Shown: piece after piece, positions 1 to 9,289 of the stretch | How the letters are laid out: each line of letters opens with the position of its first letter | Numbering within the stretch: position 1 is the stretch's first letter | From: Candidatus Roizmanbacteria bacterium CG_4_9_14_0_2_um_filter_38_17 | Lineage (GTDB): Bacteria > Patescibacteriota > Microgenomatia > GCA-00278855 | DNA: 64,000 nucleotides | Direction of reading: 5' to 3' | Assembly (NCBI GenBank): GCA_002788855.1 | Contig: PFSB01000017.1 | Location: 35,739 to 99,738, forward strand | Notes under the pieces: generated by a model | Seen by the model: only the letters and a program-made list of their open reading frames with translations | What the model was told of the DNA's origin: nothing | Databases searched by the model: none | Position numbers and translations under genes: made by a program

Positions 1-187
1 ACTATATATAAACCCTCATTGTGTTCACCAAATCTAAAATAGAAAGGCTGAATAGGAGAATATAAAGCCTCTAATCCATTTATGGCAACATCTGGATATA
101 AGCTGTCTATCTGACTGATCTGAGTAAAACGCAGATAAAATCCGACTATACTAATTATGCCAGCTAAAGTTAAAAATAGTTTATTTT

Positions 188-1744
188 TCATCGCTGTTCT
201 CTCATTAAGATAATGTTATCTATAAATATGCGACTATCTGCAGCCCCAGCGTCTTGCTCAATTAGTATTTTATTAATACTATCGCTATTAATATTTAAAA
301 GTGATAGTGGTATATTCACAATAGCCCAGCCCTTTTCTCCTCCGATTAAAAAGTCATTTACCATAACTTTATTGCTCTGTTTGTTTTGATCGTCAGATAC
401 AGATAGGCTTATAACCTGTTCCACATCTTCTCTATACAGATAGAACTGAATATTTGTGTATGATTGAGTAGAGACTAACTCTGGGAATACAAAGACGGCG
501 CCTGCTTGTGATTTCTTGAATTTAATTAATATTGATTTAAAACCTTCAACTGACATCTCGAGGCTCTTGATATCAGTGTCAGTTTCCCATCCTTCTTGGA
601 CAACATTTACCTTGAATTCATCGTCATAAAGTATATATTGAGAAGGTAAAGCGCTGAGATTTGTTTGAGCTTGCTCATTAATCTCTCTGTAAACTTCAGC
701 CACATTATCACCTTGAAGAGCTGCGTAAACTAATTTACCGTAATCAGATGGAATATATTTAACGTGGTCTTCAAGTAAACATGGACAACCTATGTCATGA
801 AAACTCCACGCTGCCCAGCCAATATCTAGCTGCTTGGCATAGCGGATTAGCGATGTAACATCTTTTTGACTCATACGTGGATACGCGTCTGCGCCAAATT
901 CTCCAATAAAAACAGGCAAATCTTGAGCTATTAATCCAAATATTTCTTCAAACTCTTCTACACTATTGTAGACATTTGCTCTATAAACTATATTGTCAAA
1001 AGGCATAGGATTGGCTAGGTATGGATTAATTTTGCGACCCCAATCTTCACCCGTAACAAAGATTAATGAGCGAGGATGAACTTGACGTACTTGAGCTATT
1101 AATGCACTATAGGCATTAAATATTTCCTCATGGGTAACATCATGCGGCTCAAGCATTAAGTCGTATAAAACAGTTGGGTCGTCTCTGTATTTATCAGCAA
1201 TATCCAGCCACATTTTATATGTCCCTTCATCGGGTAGTTGATTGAATGTTGTGACATATGGATGAATGAGTACATATGCACCTTGTTGTCTCGCTGGGCG
1301 TATAACCTGTTTCTCTAGAGCATCTAGTGTTCCTGCAGGATCACGCAGATAATCCTCTTGAATGATGCGAGTACGTATAATGTTAGCTCCCCAACTATTT
1401 ATAACATATCTCGTAGCCTTTGGATTCCACTTTTGTGTATCCCCTCCCCAGTTAACACCGGCTATATTTACGCCCCGCAATAGGACTCGCTCTCCTGATT
1501 CGTTAATGATATTTTTTTCATCTGTACTAAGCCAAGTGGCAGTTTTGTTTAATCCCAAGATTTGCCTAACAACACTTCCTGTGTCGTTAATAAAAGAACT
1601 CCTAAGACCAGGAAAGATAGAACTAATAAAGAAAATATTAACCAGAATAATAAATATAATTGGAAATATGGATTTTAGGTAAACTATGATCCCGCTAAGC
1701 GGGATGAAACACTTGATTATTTTTAGTAAATTTTTATTCTTCAT
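188..1744 (-). CDS. Clan GH-A (GH5-like) glycoside hydrolase with N-terminal transmembrane anchor and an extra C-terminal domain
   Basis: The translation has a GEFG nucleophile motif (VFIGEFGADA) about 85 residues after an acid/base-like LEPH motif, the spacing typical of the GH5 TIM barrel. The N-terminus is a hydrophobic helix. The Asn of the canonical NEP motif is Leu here, so the exact family is uncertain. Confidence 0.5.
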   Translation of the reverse strand: MKNKNLLKIIKCFIPLSGIIVYLKSIFPIIFIILVNIFFISSIFPGLRSSFINDTGSVVRQILGLNKTATWLSTDEKNIINESGERVLLRGVNIAGVNWGGDTQKWNPKATRYVINSWGANIIRTRIIQEDYLRDPAGTLDALEKQVIRPARQQGAYVLIHPYVTTFNQLPDEGTYKMWLDIADKYRDDPTVLYDLMLEPHDVTHEEIFNAYSALIAQVRQVHPRSLIFVTGEDWGRKINPYLANPMPFDNIVYRANVYNSVEEFEEIFGLIAQDLPVFIGEFGADAYPRMSQKDVTSLIRYAKQLDIGWAAWSFHDIGCPCLLEDHVKYIPSDYGKLVYAALQGDNVAEVYREINEQAQTNLSALPSQYILYDDEFKVNVVQEGWETDTDIKSLEMSVEGFKSILIKFKKSQAGAVFVFPELVSTQSYTNIQFYLYREDVEQVISLSVSDDQNKQSNKVMVNDFLIGGEKGWAIVNIPLSLLNINSDSINKILIEQDAGAADSRIFIDNIILMREQR

Positions 1745-3339
1745 TATTCTTTGTTAACTTTGTTAACTTTGTTAACTTTCCGCAAAATGTAACGAATCTG
1801 TTGGTCTTTTGTTCCAGACTTAATTCCCTGGATAATCTCTTCTGCCTCTAGCGTTGTACTACCTCCAGTATAATTAGTGAAGTCTATAACTAAATCACTA
1901 TTGATATATGCGTTGTAGAGGATCGTGTTATTTTCTACTGAATATGTATCGATAAGATTCTGCCGGTCTACGATATAATCTATAGACTTCCAGGTATTAT
2001 TAAGCCTCTCAATTGTAGCTGGATCCCTGTCAACTTTTTTGGCCATTTCAGATAGGGGAAAACTAATTGAGTTGGCTCCGTATGGCAACCTAAGATCTAA
2101 GAACATCCAGTCATCACTTATAATCACATCTTTTTGGGAGAGATTTTGTCTGATATATTTAAGTAAAGCAACTTGCTCATTAACACGATTCTGAGTATAT
2201 AGTTGCCCCCCAGTCAGCAGCAAGTAAATAGTAACAATTGGTAGGACTACAATGAGACTTTTGAGCAGTAATTGGCGTGCTAGGATGGACATCTTATGAT
2301 AGACGAGATTGATCACTAAGCTTATGTTGATTGTCAGAAATGTCAGCACGGGAATAATATAAAAACCTTGAATTAGTTGTCCGCGCAGAAGAAACGCGCT
2401 GTAGCCAATTGTTGCTATTAAAGAAGTGATGATAATTGAATTGCGCTTATATAAGCTGTACATTAATAGTGCCAATGTTGAGGCAACGCCAATTACTAAG
2501 AATGCTCTGTCTAACCCTAGCCATTCCGTAAGAGAGAGATCAAAGTAACTATTCTTGACCCAAGGATACTCCCCTCCACCTCTCCCCAACTGATATTGAA
2601 CTGTTTCAATTAAACTAACATGCTTTCCACCAGTAATTTGATCGGATAAAAACTCATTCCTAAGTAAAGCAGTTAAGGGAAATAGCCCAATAATAAATAA
2701 TGTGGTGATGAGCCAAGTGCCGATGGCATACAGCTTCAATGCGCCTTTGTTTAAGCTCCAAGCAAGATACAAGTAGGCTGGGTAGACGAATAAAGCAAAC
2801 TCTTTAGATAAAGCAGCGATTCCAAACGTCAGCGCTGACATGATAACCCTTTGCAGATTTCCGGCACCTGAAACAAGTAAATATAATGAGACTACTAGCC
2901 AAAGATTTTGGATATTATCTAGTAAAACCTGTCTATGAAAATAGATTGATAGTGGTGAAAATATTAGAAAAATTGTTCCAGCTAAGGCGATTATTTTCTT
3001 GCTGGTGACTTTTTCTAATAGTAAATATGTAAACAAATTTGCGACGCTAGCTACTATGACCATCAGCAATCTTGCAGATACAATAGATATTCCAAAAGTA
3101 AACGGACCACCTGTAAGTAAAAACCAGAGCCCTATAAATATCCACCCCAATGGAGGGTGGTCATAAAAGTAGGTATATGGGCTTAGTTGTCCACCATTTA
3201 CTGACCACCATCCTTGCGCAGCGTAGATACCCTCGTCAACATAAAATTCAGGATATTGCCAGAAATTAATAAAATGGGTGGCAAATGTCCCAAAGAAAAC
3301 AAAAAATGGAAATGTGTATTTGTTTACTATTCGTTTCAT
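1744..3339 (-). CDS. Polytopic membrane glycosyltransferase, GT-C fold (PMT/ArnT, GT39/GT83-like)
   Basis: It has more than 10 predicted transmembrane helices and an aromatic-rich first loop, the architecture of 4-amino-arabinose / mannosyl transferases. The C-terminus ends in a KVNKVNKVNKE tail encoded by a 9-nt tandem repeat. Its start overlaps the GT2 gene stop. Confidence 0.4.
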   Translation of the reverse strand: MKRIVNKYTFPFFVFFGTFATHFINFWQYPEFYVDEGIYAAQGWWSVNGGQLSPYTYFYDHPPLGWIFIGLWFLLTGGPFTFGISIVSARLLMVIVASVANLFTYLLLEKVTSKKIIALAGTIFLIFSPLSIYFHRQVLLDNIQNLWLVVSLYLLVSGAGNLQRVIMSALTFGIAALSKEFALFVYPAYLYLAWSLNKGALKLYAIGTWLITTLFIIGLFPLTALLRNEFLSDQITGGKHVSLIETVQYQLGRGGGEYPWVKNSYFDLSLTEWLGLDRAFLVIGVASTLALLMYSLYKRNSIIITSLIATIGYSAFLLRGQLIQGFYIIPVLTFLTINISLVINLVYHKMSILARQLLLKSLIVVLPIVTIYLLLTGGQLYTQNRVNEQVALLKYIRQNLSQKDVIISDDWMFLDLRLPYGANSISFPLSEMAKKVDRDPATIERLNNTWKSIDYIVDRQNLIDTYSVENNTILYNAYINSDLVIDFTNYTGGSTTLEAEEIIQGIKSGTKDQQIRYILRKVNKVNKVNKE

Positions 3340-4673
3340 TCTATATAGTATTGTTGTAATCTATGAGTATTGTAGTGTTCTGTTTTTTCCCAGTTATTAT
3401 CTCCTAGTAATATCTGAATTCCCCCTCTCAATGAGGAATATGCGAGTACTAGCTGATAAGGAAAATAAACTATAAGTAATAATATATAAATCATAGCAGA
3501 GCTTGCTATCTGATAGCTATACTTGAATTCATATAAACCGATGAGCATTAGAATAATATGGATAATCAGAAAATAGAGAGGTATAAATGAGTATAAAGTT
3601 AGCATAAATGGAACCCTAGAATTCAAAGCTAAAGTTGGTAAGATAACAAATCCAATTAAACTAAAATGATAGATCACGGGTTGTAAAATAACGTATAGAG
3701 CAAGTAACTGCTGTTTTAAGGTAGGAAGCTTGGTCCAGATGCCACTAAAAAGTATCTGAAAATATCCTCTATTCCAGCGTGATCGCTGTTTAATAAATGA
3801 ATTAAGATTTGCTGGTGTTTCTTCGAGAGTTGCAATACGCACATCGTTAATTGCCGTGATTTTGTATCCTGCCGCTGATAAACGCATTCCAATATCTGCA
3901 TCTTCCGTGAGCTTGGTGTCATCCCAACCTCCTATGCTCTGTAAAACAGAACGCGCAAAGAATACCGTATTTCCACCAAGAGGTGTAGCGCCTAAATCGC
4001 TAAACATGGGAATTACCGATTTAAACCAGTAGTAATACTCTAAGACATTTAATGGAGCAAACCATGATGCGTTAACAGTAACTAACTGCACTGCTGACTG
4101 AACTACATCTACTTTTCGCTTGCTAAATGTTGAATTAACTGCAGTTACTATATCCATATGAGGTTCGTCTTCAGCGTCAAATACTCCAATAAAATCACCA
4201 GTTGCATGAAGCAAGCCCTCATTAAGAGCTCTTGCTTTGTTGACTGGATAACCCGCGTAGGTAATTAGTTTTATATCTGTTCCATTTAATTCAGGTAATA
4301 GTTCGCGCACCTTATTGATTGTGCCTGTATCGTCATTGCGAATAACAACAATAACCTCAAATAATTGCTTAGGATAATTAATCTTTGCCATTGCTCGCAG
4401 CGTGTCCTGAATTACTTTTTCTTCGAATCTCGCTGGAATAATTAAGGTAAACTTACTCTTAATTGTAGATAAGGTCTCCATATCTGGTTTTAGATGTGTA
4501 AGGTCTTTGTCTATAAACCATGAATATAGTAGCCCATAAGTAGAGAAAGCTCCTTGGAGGATAAGGAGTGTAGTAAATACAAACAACAGCGAGCTTATGA
4601 GAGTTAAGCTTAAAAGCTGAGTTAAGCCCAATAATCCTAGTAAAAATACTGTAATAATAAGTACTGCTTTCAT
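3336..4673 (-). CDS. GT2-family processive beta-glycosyltransferase (cellulose/chitin/hyaluronan-synthase-like)
   Basis: It has a DxD motif (FDAEDEP) and a Q-x-x-R-W motif (QRSRWNRG). Transmembrane helices flank the cytoplasmic GT-A domain at both ends. Confidence 0.65.
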   Translation of the reverse strand: MKAVLIITVFLLGLLGLTQLLSLTLISSLLFVFTTLLILQGAFSTYGLLYSWFIDKDLTHLKPDMETLSTIKSKFTLIIPARFEEKVIQDTLRAMAKINYPKQLFEVIVVIRNDDTGTINKVRELLPELNGTDIKLITYAGYPVNKARALNEGLLHATGDFIGVFDAEDEPHMDIVTAVNSTFSKRKVDVVQSAVQLVTVNASWFAPLNVLEYYYWFKSVIPMFSDLGATPLGGNTVFFARSVLQSIGGWDDTKLTEDADIGMRLSAAGYKITAINDVRIATLEETPANLNSFIKQRSRWNRGYFQILFSGIWTKLPTLKQQLLALYVILQPVIYHFSLIGFVILPTLALNSRVPFMLTLYSFIPLYFLIIHIILMLIGLYEFKYSYQIASSAMIYILLLIVYFPYQLVLAYSSLRGGIQILLGDNNWEKTEHYNTHRLQQYYIE

Positions 4674-4769
4674 ATCCTATAGTGTAGTGATTATTATACC
4701 TCCATTGAGTTCAAATGCAAGTTTATTTACCAAGAAATCTCTAGAGGGGTTTGATTACCAATGAGGAAG

Positions 4770-5435
4770 TTATTGGAGCTCCACATTAACAAAAGTAACT
4801 CCGTCATTCAATGGATGTGGTTCTACATCACAACCTTGAAATGGACTTACTTCTTGCATGTTTTGTGATCCTCCACGATCAGTTAACCCCATGGAGAAAG
4901 TAACATTTGCTCGATCATCACCATATCTCCAGCGATCCATCTGTAAACTAACTGCTGATGTTTGTGCATCTGGTTGACCGTCTGCTGTCCATTTTATAAG
5001 ACTAGCATGGCTTTTGAATGCATCTGGAAGCTCCACTCGTGCATATGAGCGGACTTGAGCTGTTCCCTCTGTGATCATTTGTGCAACTTGTTCGCTGTTT
5101 AAAGAGTATGTCTGGCCTGTTCCCACTACTTTGCCGTTTTTAACCTCGTCGTGTTCGTGCATAGTTAGGGAGAATGGATAAGGGGTTAATGTTTCAGCTG
5201 CTTCTGCTGCTGGTGTAGCTGTTTCTACAGCTGCTGGTGTGTTCCCATTTGGATTAATCCAAGAAGCTTGCAATGTAGCCATGGCTTCTGGTTCGTTAGC
5301 CATGATAGTTGCAATTGGTGATGCGTTATCTTGATTACTGACTATCTTAAGTGCAGCTTCCTGAACTGAAGGAGCACATCCGCCAGTTAGTCCAGCTGCC
5401 AAAGTTAGTCTTAATGCTGTTTCTCTTAAATTCAT
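4770..5435 (-). CDS. Putative secreted lipoprotein of unknown function
   Basis: The N-terminus has a signal peptide with a lipobox-like LTGGC. There is an Ala/Thr/Pro-rich linker and no recognisable catalytic motif. Confidence 0.4.
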   Translation of the reverse strand: MNLRETALRLTLAAGLTGGCAPSVQEAALKIVSNQDNASPIATIMANEPEAMATLQASWINPNGNTPAAVETATPAAEAAETLTPYPFSLTMHEHDEVKNGKVVGTGQTYSLNSEQVAQMITEGTAQVRSYARVELPDAFKSHASLIKWTADGQPDAQTSAVSLQMDRWRYGDDRANVTFSMGLTDRGGSQNMQEVSPFQGCDVEPHPLNDGVTFVNVELQ

Positions 5436-5479
5436 ATTTATTAAACTCGAGAGGTTATTATAACTGGATATTTTATCTT

Positions 5480-5585
5480 TGTCAAGACTATGGGTTTGTA
5501 GTTACTAGCTTAAGGCAAGACCTTTCATTTTATGCAAGGTCTTGCCTTGTCTCGTAAGCGAGCTACTAACTCTAGCTTGACACAT
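5480..5585. repeat. Roughly 105-bp MITE-like element, copy A, with terminal inverted repeats TGTCAAGAC...CTTGACACA and an internal 11-bp-stem hairpin
   Basis: This is a near-identical direct repeat of 6145-6249. Its internal hairpin is AAGGCAAGACC-loop-GGTCTTGCCTT at 5512-5548. Confidence 0.7.
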
Positions 5586-5649
5586 GTAATGTAATATCCT
5601 ATAGGTTAAGGCTATAAGGGTTTTGAATCGCATATGTTATAATTAATTT

Positions 5650-5919
5650 ATGAAAACATCTGTTTTATCATTTCGGACTGTGATTGAGAAAGATGGCACT
5701 TCGTACCATGGGCATGTTCCTTCCTTGCCAGGATGCCACACTCAAGGAGAGTCAATTGAACAAACCCGCAAATACCTTAGAGAAGCAATAGCTGGTTATC
5801 TTAAAACACTTAAAAAACAAGGGTTGATAATTCCCACAGACGAAAGCTATGAATCTGTTGAGTCCTTTGACATGCGTAGCCTTTTTGAAAATCACCCCTC
5901 TTCTCAATCGTATGTCTAA
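5650..5919 (+). CDS. hicB: HicB-like antitoxin (UPF0150 family)
   Basis: The translation has the small HicB pattern (VIEKDGTSYHGHVPSLPGCHTQGESIEQ). It is paralogous to the ORF at 15247-15516 and overlaps the downstream hicA-like gene. Confidence 0.6.
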   Translation: MKTSVLSFRTVIEKDGTSYHGHVPSLPGCHTQGESIEQTRKYLREAIAGYLKTLKKQGLIIPTDESYESVESFDMRSLFENHPSSQSYV

Positions 5920-6130
5920 TATTCCTGTTATAACTGCTCGAAAACTGATTAAACTTTTAAGAAAAAATGGCTTTGTTCATTCTAGAACAGAAGGTAGTCA
6001 CCAGATATTTTTCCATCCAGGAAACAAGCGCATTGTTTCAGTTCCCGTTCATGCTGGAAAAGACCTTGGACGTGGAATCACCCGAGCGATTTTAAAAGAC
6101 GCTGATATCTTACCTGAAAGCTCTCTCTAA
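5912..6130 (+). CDS. hicA: HicA-like mRNA-interferase toxin (YcfA family)
   Basis: The true start MSNIPVITARKLIKLLRKNGF is internal to the tracked ORF 5849-6130. The GSH motif is typical of HicA. It is paralogous to 15516-15740. Confidence 0.6.
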   Translation: MSNIPVITARKLIKLLRKNGFVHSRTEGSHQIFFHPGNKRIVSVPVHAGKDLGRGITRAILKDADILPESSL

Positions 6131-6144
6131 AATAAACTGTTTAT

Positions 6145-6249
6145 TGTCAAGACTATGGGTTTGTAGTTACTAGCTTAAGGCAAGACCTTTCATTTCATGC
6201 AAGGTCTTGCCTTGTCTCGTAAGCGAGCTACTAACTCTAACTTGACACA
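6145..6249. repeat. Roughly 105-bp MITE-like element, copy B
   Basis: This is the same element as 5480-5585 with about 3 mismatches. It flanks the other side of the hicBA pair; the hairpin is at 6177-6213. Confidence 0.7.
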
Positions 6250-6278
6250 TTCATAAAGGCAACCTATAATACACGACT

Positions 6279-6944
6279 ATGAGCAATACTCTTACAAAGA
6301 AACTCTTTACTATTACTGCGTTGGCAATTATTCTAGGGAGTGTGTTTGGTTTTTCTGAAAGCAATGTGGATGGGAAGTCGGCCAGTGCTTTTATAGATAA
6401 GAAGATCAATAAATCTGGGACTAGTGATTATTATGATAATCTAACCGGATCAGATGCGTTTAAACCAGGAGAGGTAATCACCTACAAGATTTTTGTTCGT
6501 AACACCGGAGATGTAGATATTGTAAATATTCGCGTTAAGGATATATTTTCAAAATATGTTAACTATCACTCTGCTCCATCAGGAGGAGACTATAAAGATG
6601 GCGTGTGGGAAATAAATATAGGAACTCTTGCGCCTGGCGACACCAAAACATTAATGGTTCGTGGGTTAGTTGTGGGTAATCAAGACTTACCTAGTGATCA
6701 AAGCTTAATTTGTGATCTTAAAAATCGTGCGGAGATGCATGGTGATGTTTCTGGAGGTTTACTTGTAGCTGATGAGGCAGAGTTCTGTATTGAGCATGGA
6801 GTGATTACAACTACTGCGGTTACCACTTATGGTAAGGGTGGACCAGTTGCAGACTACTTACCTGAAGCAGGAGCTGGCAGTGTGATATTGATCACTTCAC
6901 TTCTATCTGGAGCAGGTCTGGCTTTCCGCAAGTTTGCTAAATAA
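6279..6944 (+). CDS. Sortase-anchored cell-surface protein (LPxTG-like LPEAG sorting signal)
   Basis: It has an N-terminal signal peptide. The C-terminus has YLPEAGAGS followed by a hydrophobic stretch and a positively charged tail (FRKFAK), and there is a conserved-repeat-like beta domain. Confidence 0.5.
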   Translation: MSNTLTKKLFTITALAIILGSVFGFSESNVDGKSASAFIDKKINKSGTSDYYDNLTGSDAFKPGEVITYKIFVRNTGDVDIVNIRVKDIFSKYVNYHSAPSGGDYKDGVWEINIGTLAPGDTKTLMVRGLVVGNQDLPSDQSLICDLKNRAEMHGDVSGGLLVADEAEFCIEHGVITTTAVTTYGKGGPVADYLPEAGAGSVILITSLLSGAGLAFRKFAK

Positions 6945-6977
6945 GTTGGTTGAATCGTCAACTAATCGTCAACCTTG

Positions 6978-7451
6978 CTACTCTGTAATCACCTGGGATA
7001 TTCTAATATCGTGTTCTGCTTGTGGTAATTCTGAAAAGATCTGAAAAGAAAAAGCGAGAGCTATGGTTGGAACGGAAAGATTTTCCAGAAAGCGGTCATA
7101 GTATCCCGCTCCTCTACCAATGCGTACACCGCTTTTTGTGAAGGCACGTCCCGGAACAATAATTAAATCCAGATCACTGGGGTTAATAGCTGTATTTTCA
7201 AAAAGCTTAACTGACGAAAGACTGTTCCCTTCTATTTTTGGAATATAAAAATCCTTTTTTATTTTAAATAGCGATTGTATTTGTACTTCGTCTCTAAGTG
7301 GCAAATAAACCATTATCTTATTAGATTTATCAAAGGACTGGCCTTTGATAAAATTGTCTATAAGAGAGGTGCTGTGGCTAGTTAAATCCTCAGTAGATAA
7401 TTTGTCAAATTCTTTTTTGATCAAATCTCGGTAATACTGTTTGTTTTGCAT
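6978..7451 (-). CDS. 5-formyltetrahydrofolate cyclo-ligase (MTHFS)
   Basis: The C-terminal GVRIGRGAGYYDRFL is the 5-FCL signature. The likely start is the internal Met (MQNKQYY) rather than the tracked 7520, which would overlap trmD. Confidence 0.6.
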   Translation of the reverse strand: MQNKQYYRDLIKKEFDKLSTEDLTSHSTSLIDNFIKGQSFDKSNKIMVYLPLRDEVQIQSLFKIKKDFYIPKIEGNSLSSVKLFENTAINPSDLDLIIVPGRAFTKSGVRIGRGAGYYDRFLENLSVPTIALAFSFQIFSELPQAEHDIRISQVITE

Positions 7452-7479
7452 CTTTTGGTAAAATGAATATAGGTAAACT

Positions 7480-8193
7480 ATGAAACATATGAATATAGAC
7501 ATTATAACTTTATTTCCCAAGATGTTCTCTGGACCATTCGAGGAATCAATAGTACAAAGAGCTCAGGATAAGAAACTTGTTCAGATAACTATCTACGACC
7601 TGCGTAACTGGGCTTTGGATAAACGTGGAACTGTAGATGACAAGCCTTATGGAGGAGGCACGGGAATGCTCTTGCGGCCTGAACCAATATTTGATGTAGT
7701 TAAAGATATTAAGTCCAAAAGTCCGACCAGTCACTTCGTAAAAGGTCGGACCTTAAATACAAGGGTTGTGCTGTTGGATGCGGGAGGAGAATTATATAAT
7801 CAAAAAAAAGCAGCTGAATACAGCAAGTTGGATCAGCTTATTTTAATCTGTGGCCATTATGAGGGAGTAGATTATCGTGTACACGAACATCTAGCTGACG
7901 AAATAATCTCCATTGGAAATTTTGTTCTAACGGGTGGAGAAATTCCTGCAATGCTTATAGCTGACTCAGTGACTAGGCTAATACCTGGGGTTTTAGAAAA
8001 AGAAGAAGCAACTACCATTGAATCATTCTCTGATGAGATGACATTGGAATATCCTCAATATACCAGACCTGAAATATACCAAGGGCATAAGGTCCCAGAA
8101 ATATTACTATCTGGTGATCATGCAAAGATAGATAACTGGAGAAAAGAAGAGAGTATTAAGAGAACTGAAGTTAATCGTTCAGATCTGGCTTAA
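7480..8193 (+). CDS. trmD: tRNA (guanine37-N1)-methyltransferase
   Basis: TLFPKMF is present, and ICGHYEGVDYRV plus GGE match the SPOUT-fold TrmD motifs. The gene begins with the MKHM repeat motif. Confidence 0.85.
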   Translation: MKHMNIDIITLFPKMFSGPFEESIVQRAQDKKLVQITIYDLRNWALDKRGTVDDKPYGGGTGMLLRPEPIFDVVKDIKSKSPTSHFVKGRTLNTRVVLLDAGGELYNQKKAAEYSKLDQLILICGHYEGVDYRVHEHLADEIISIGNFVLTGGEIPAMLIADSVTRLIPGVLEKEEATTIESFSDEMTLEYPQYTRPEIYQGHKVPEILLSGDHAKIDNWRKEESIKRTEVNRSDLA

Positions 8194-9253
8194 TATTTAG
8201 CCTAATTGTTTGCATATCTGTGGATGCAATATCCGTAAGGTAGTGTTCGTCTGCTGTTGTAATAATTGTTTGGTATCCAGAAATAATATTTTGAATAAGT
8301 TGGCGATGCTGTTTATCTAGTTCAGAAAAGATATCATCAAGTAAAAGAACTGGTTTTTCTTGGGTTTGGTGTTCCAGATACTTAAGCTCGCCATATTTTA
8401 GCCAAAGCACCCCCATGCGTTGTTCTCCTCTACTCCCAAATTGATCAAGATTAATTTTAGACTTTTCATTATTTAAGCAGAGAATAATATCGTCGCGGTG
8501 AGGGCCTACTAAGGTGTATCCTGCGGAGAGTTCAGCTTGTTGGTATTTTAATAGACGCTCTTTACTGATAGCGCTATGGTCATAGTTAAGAATAAAATTA
8601 AATTCAGGCGTATGTTGATTGTTTAAAAAGCTAATACATTCTTCGCGAAACTTTGTAATTATTTGTCCGTGCATAATTACCAAGCTGTCCCAGTGAGTTA
8701 ACTCATCTTCACGAAGAGTATTTTCCTCTCTCATTCTGTATAGTAGTTTATTTCTTCTACGTATTGCTTTTTCATATTCCGTCAAAGCGTGGGCATATTT
8801 TCTGTCTGTTTGGATAAGCACGCTGTCTAAAAAGTTTCTGCGCCTTGCCGGGGATCCAGTTATTAGCTGAATATCCTCTGGACTAAAAACAACAGCGTTA
8901 AATTCTCCTACGAAATTACTTTTTTGCTTGCCTACTCCATTTACCAGATATCTTTTTCCTGCTGTTCGTGTTCCGTTTGTTGTTCCGTTTGTTGTTATTA
9001 TTGTCAGCTCTTGTTTTCCATTTTGATTAGTTATGAATCCTTCAATTCTCGCTAGTTCAGATTCATGTGCAATTACAGCTTTTTCTACCAGTGCTCGAAA
9101 ACTTTTGCCTGTGGCTAGTAGATAAATAGCCTCTAGGATATTTGTCTTGCCTGCAGTGTTAGGCCCCACAATTGTGGTTAATGTAGGTGAAAACTTAAAC
9201 ATATGATCGTTGTATACGCGAAAATTATGAAGCTTAATATTTTGTATGAACAT
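8171..9253 (-). CDS. recF: DNA replication/repair protein RecF
   Basis: The N-terminal Walker A is GPNTAGKTNILEA and the C-terminal motif is LLLDDIFSELD, the SMC-like ABC ATPase pattern of RecF. Confidence 0.8.
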   Translation of the reverse strand: MFIQNIKLHNFRVYNDHMFKFSPTLTTIVGPNTAGKTNILEAIYLLATGKSFRALVEKAVIAHESELARIEGFITNQNGKQELTIITTNGTTNGTRTAGKRYLVNGVGKQKSNFVGEFNAVVFSPEDIQLITGSPARRRNFLDSVLIQTDRKYAHALTEYEKAIRRRNKLLYRMREENTLREDELTHWDSLVIMHGQIITKFREECISFLNNQHTPEFNFILNYDHSAISKERLLKYQQAELSAGYTLVGPHRDDIILCLNNEKSKINLDQFGSRGEQRMGVLWLKYGELKYLEHQTQEKPVLLLDDIFSELDKQHRQLIQNIISGYQTIITTADEHYLTDIASTDMQTIRLNIKPDLND

Positions 9254-9289
9254 TAAAGGATAATAACATTAATACGAAAGCTTGGAGTA

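Noticed and set aside
5351-5557. 68-aa ORF
   Set aside because: It runs through the 105-bp hairpin element and the 3' end of the lipoprotein gene on the other strand. There is no RBS and it reads like a repeat.
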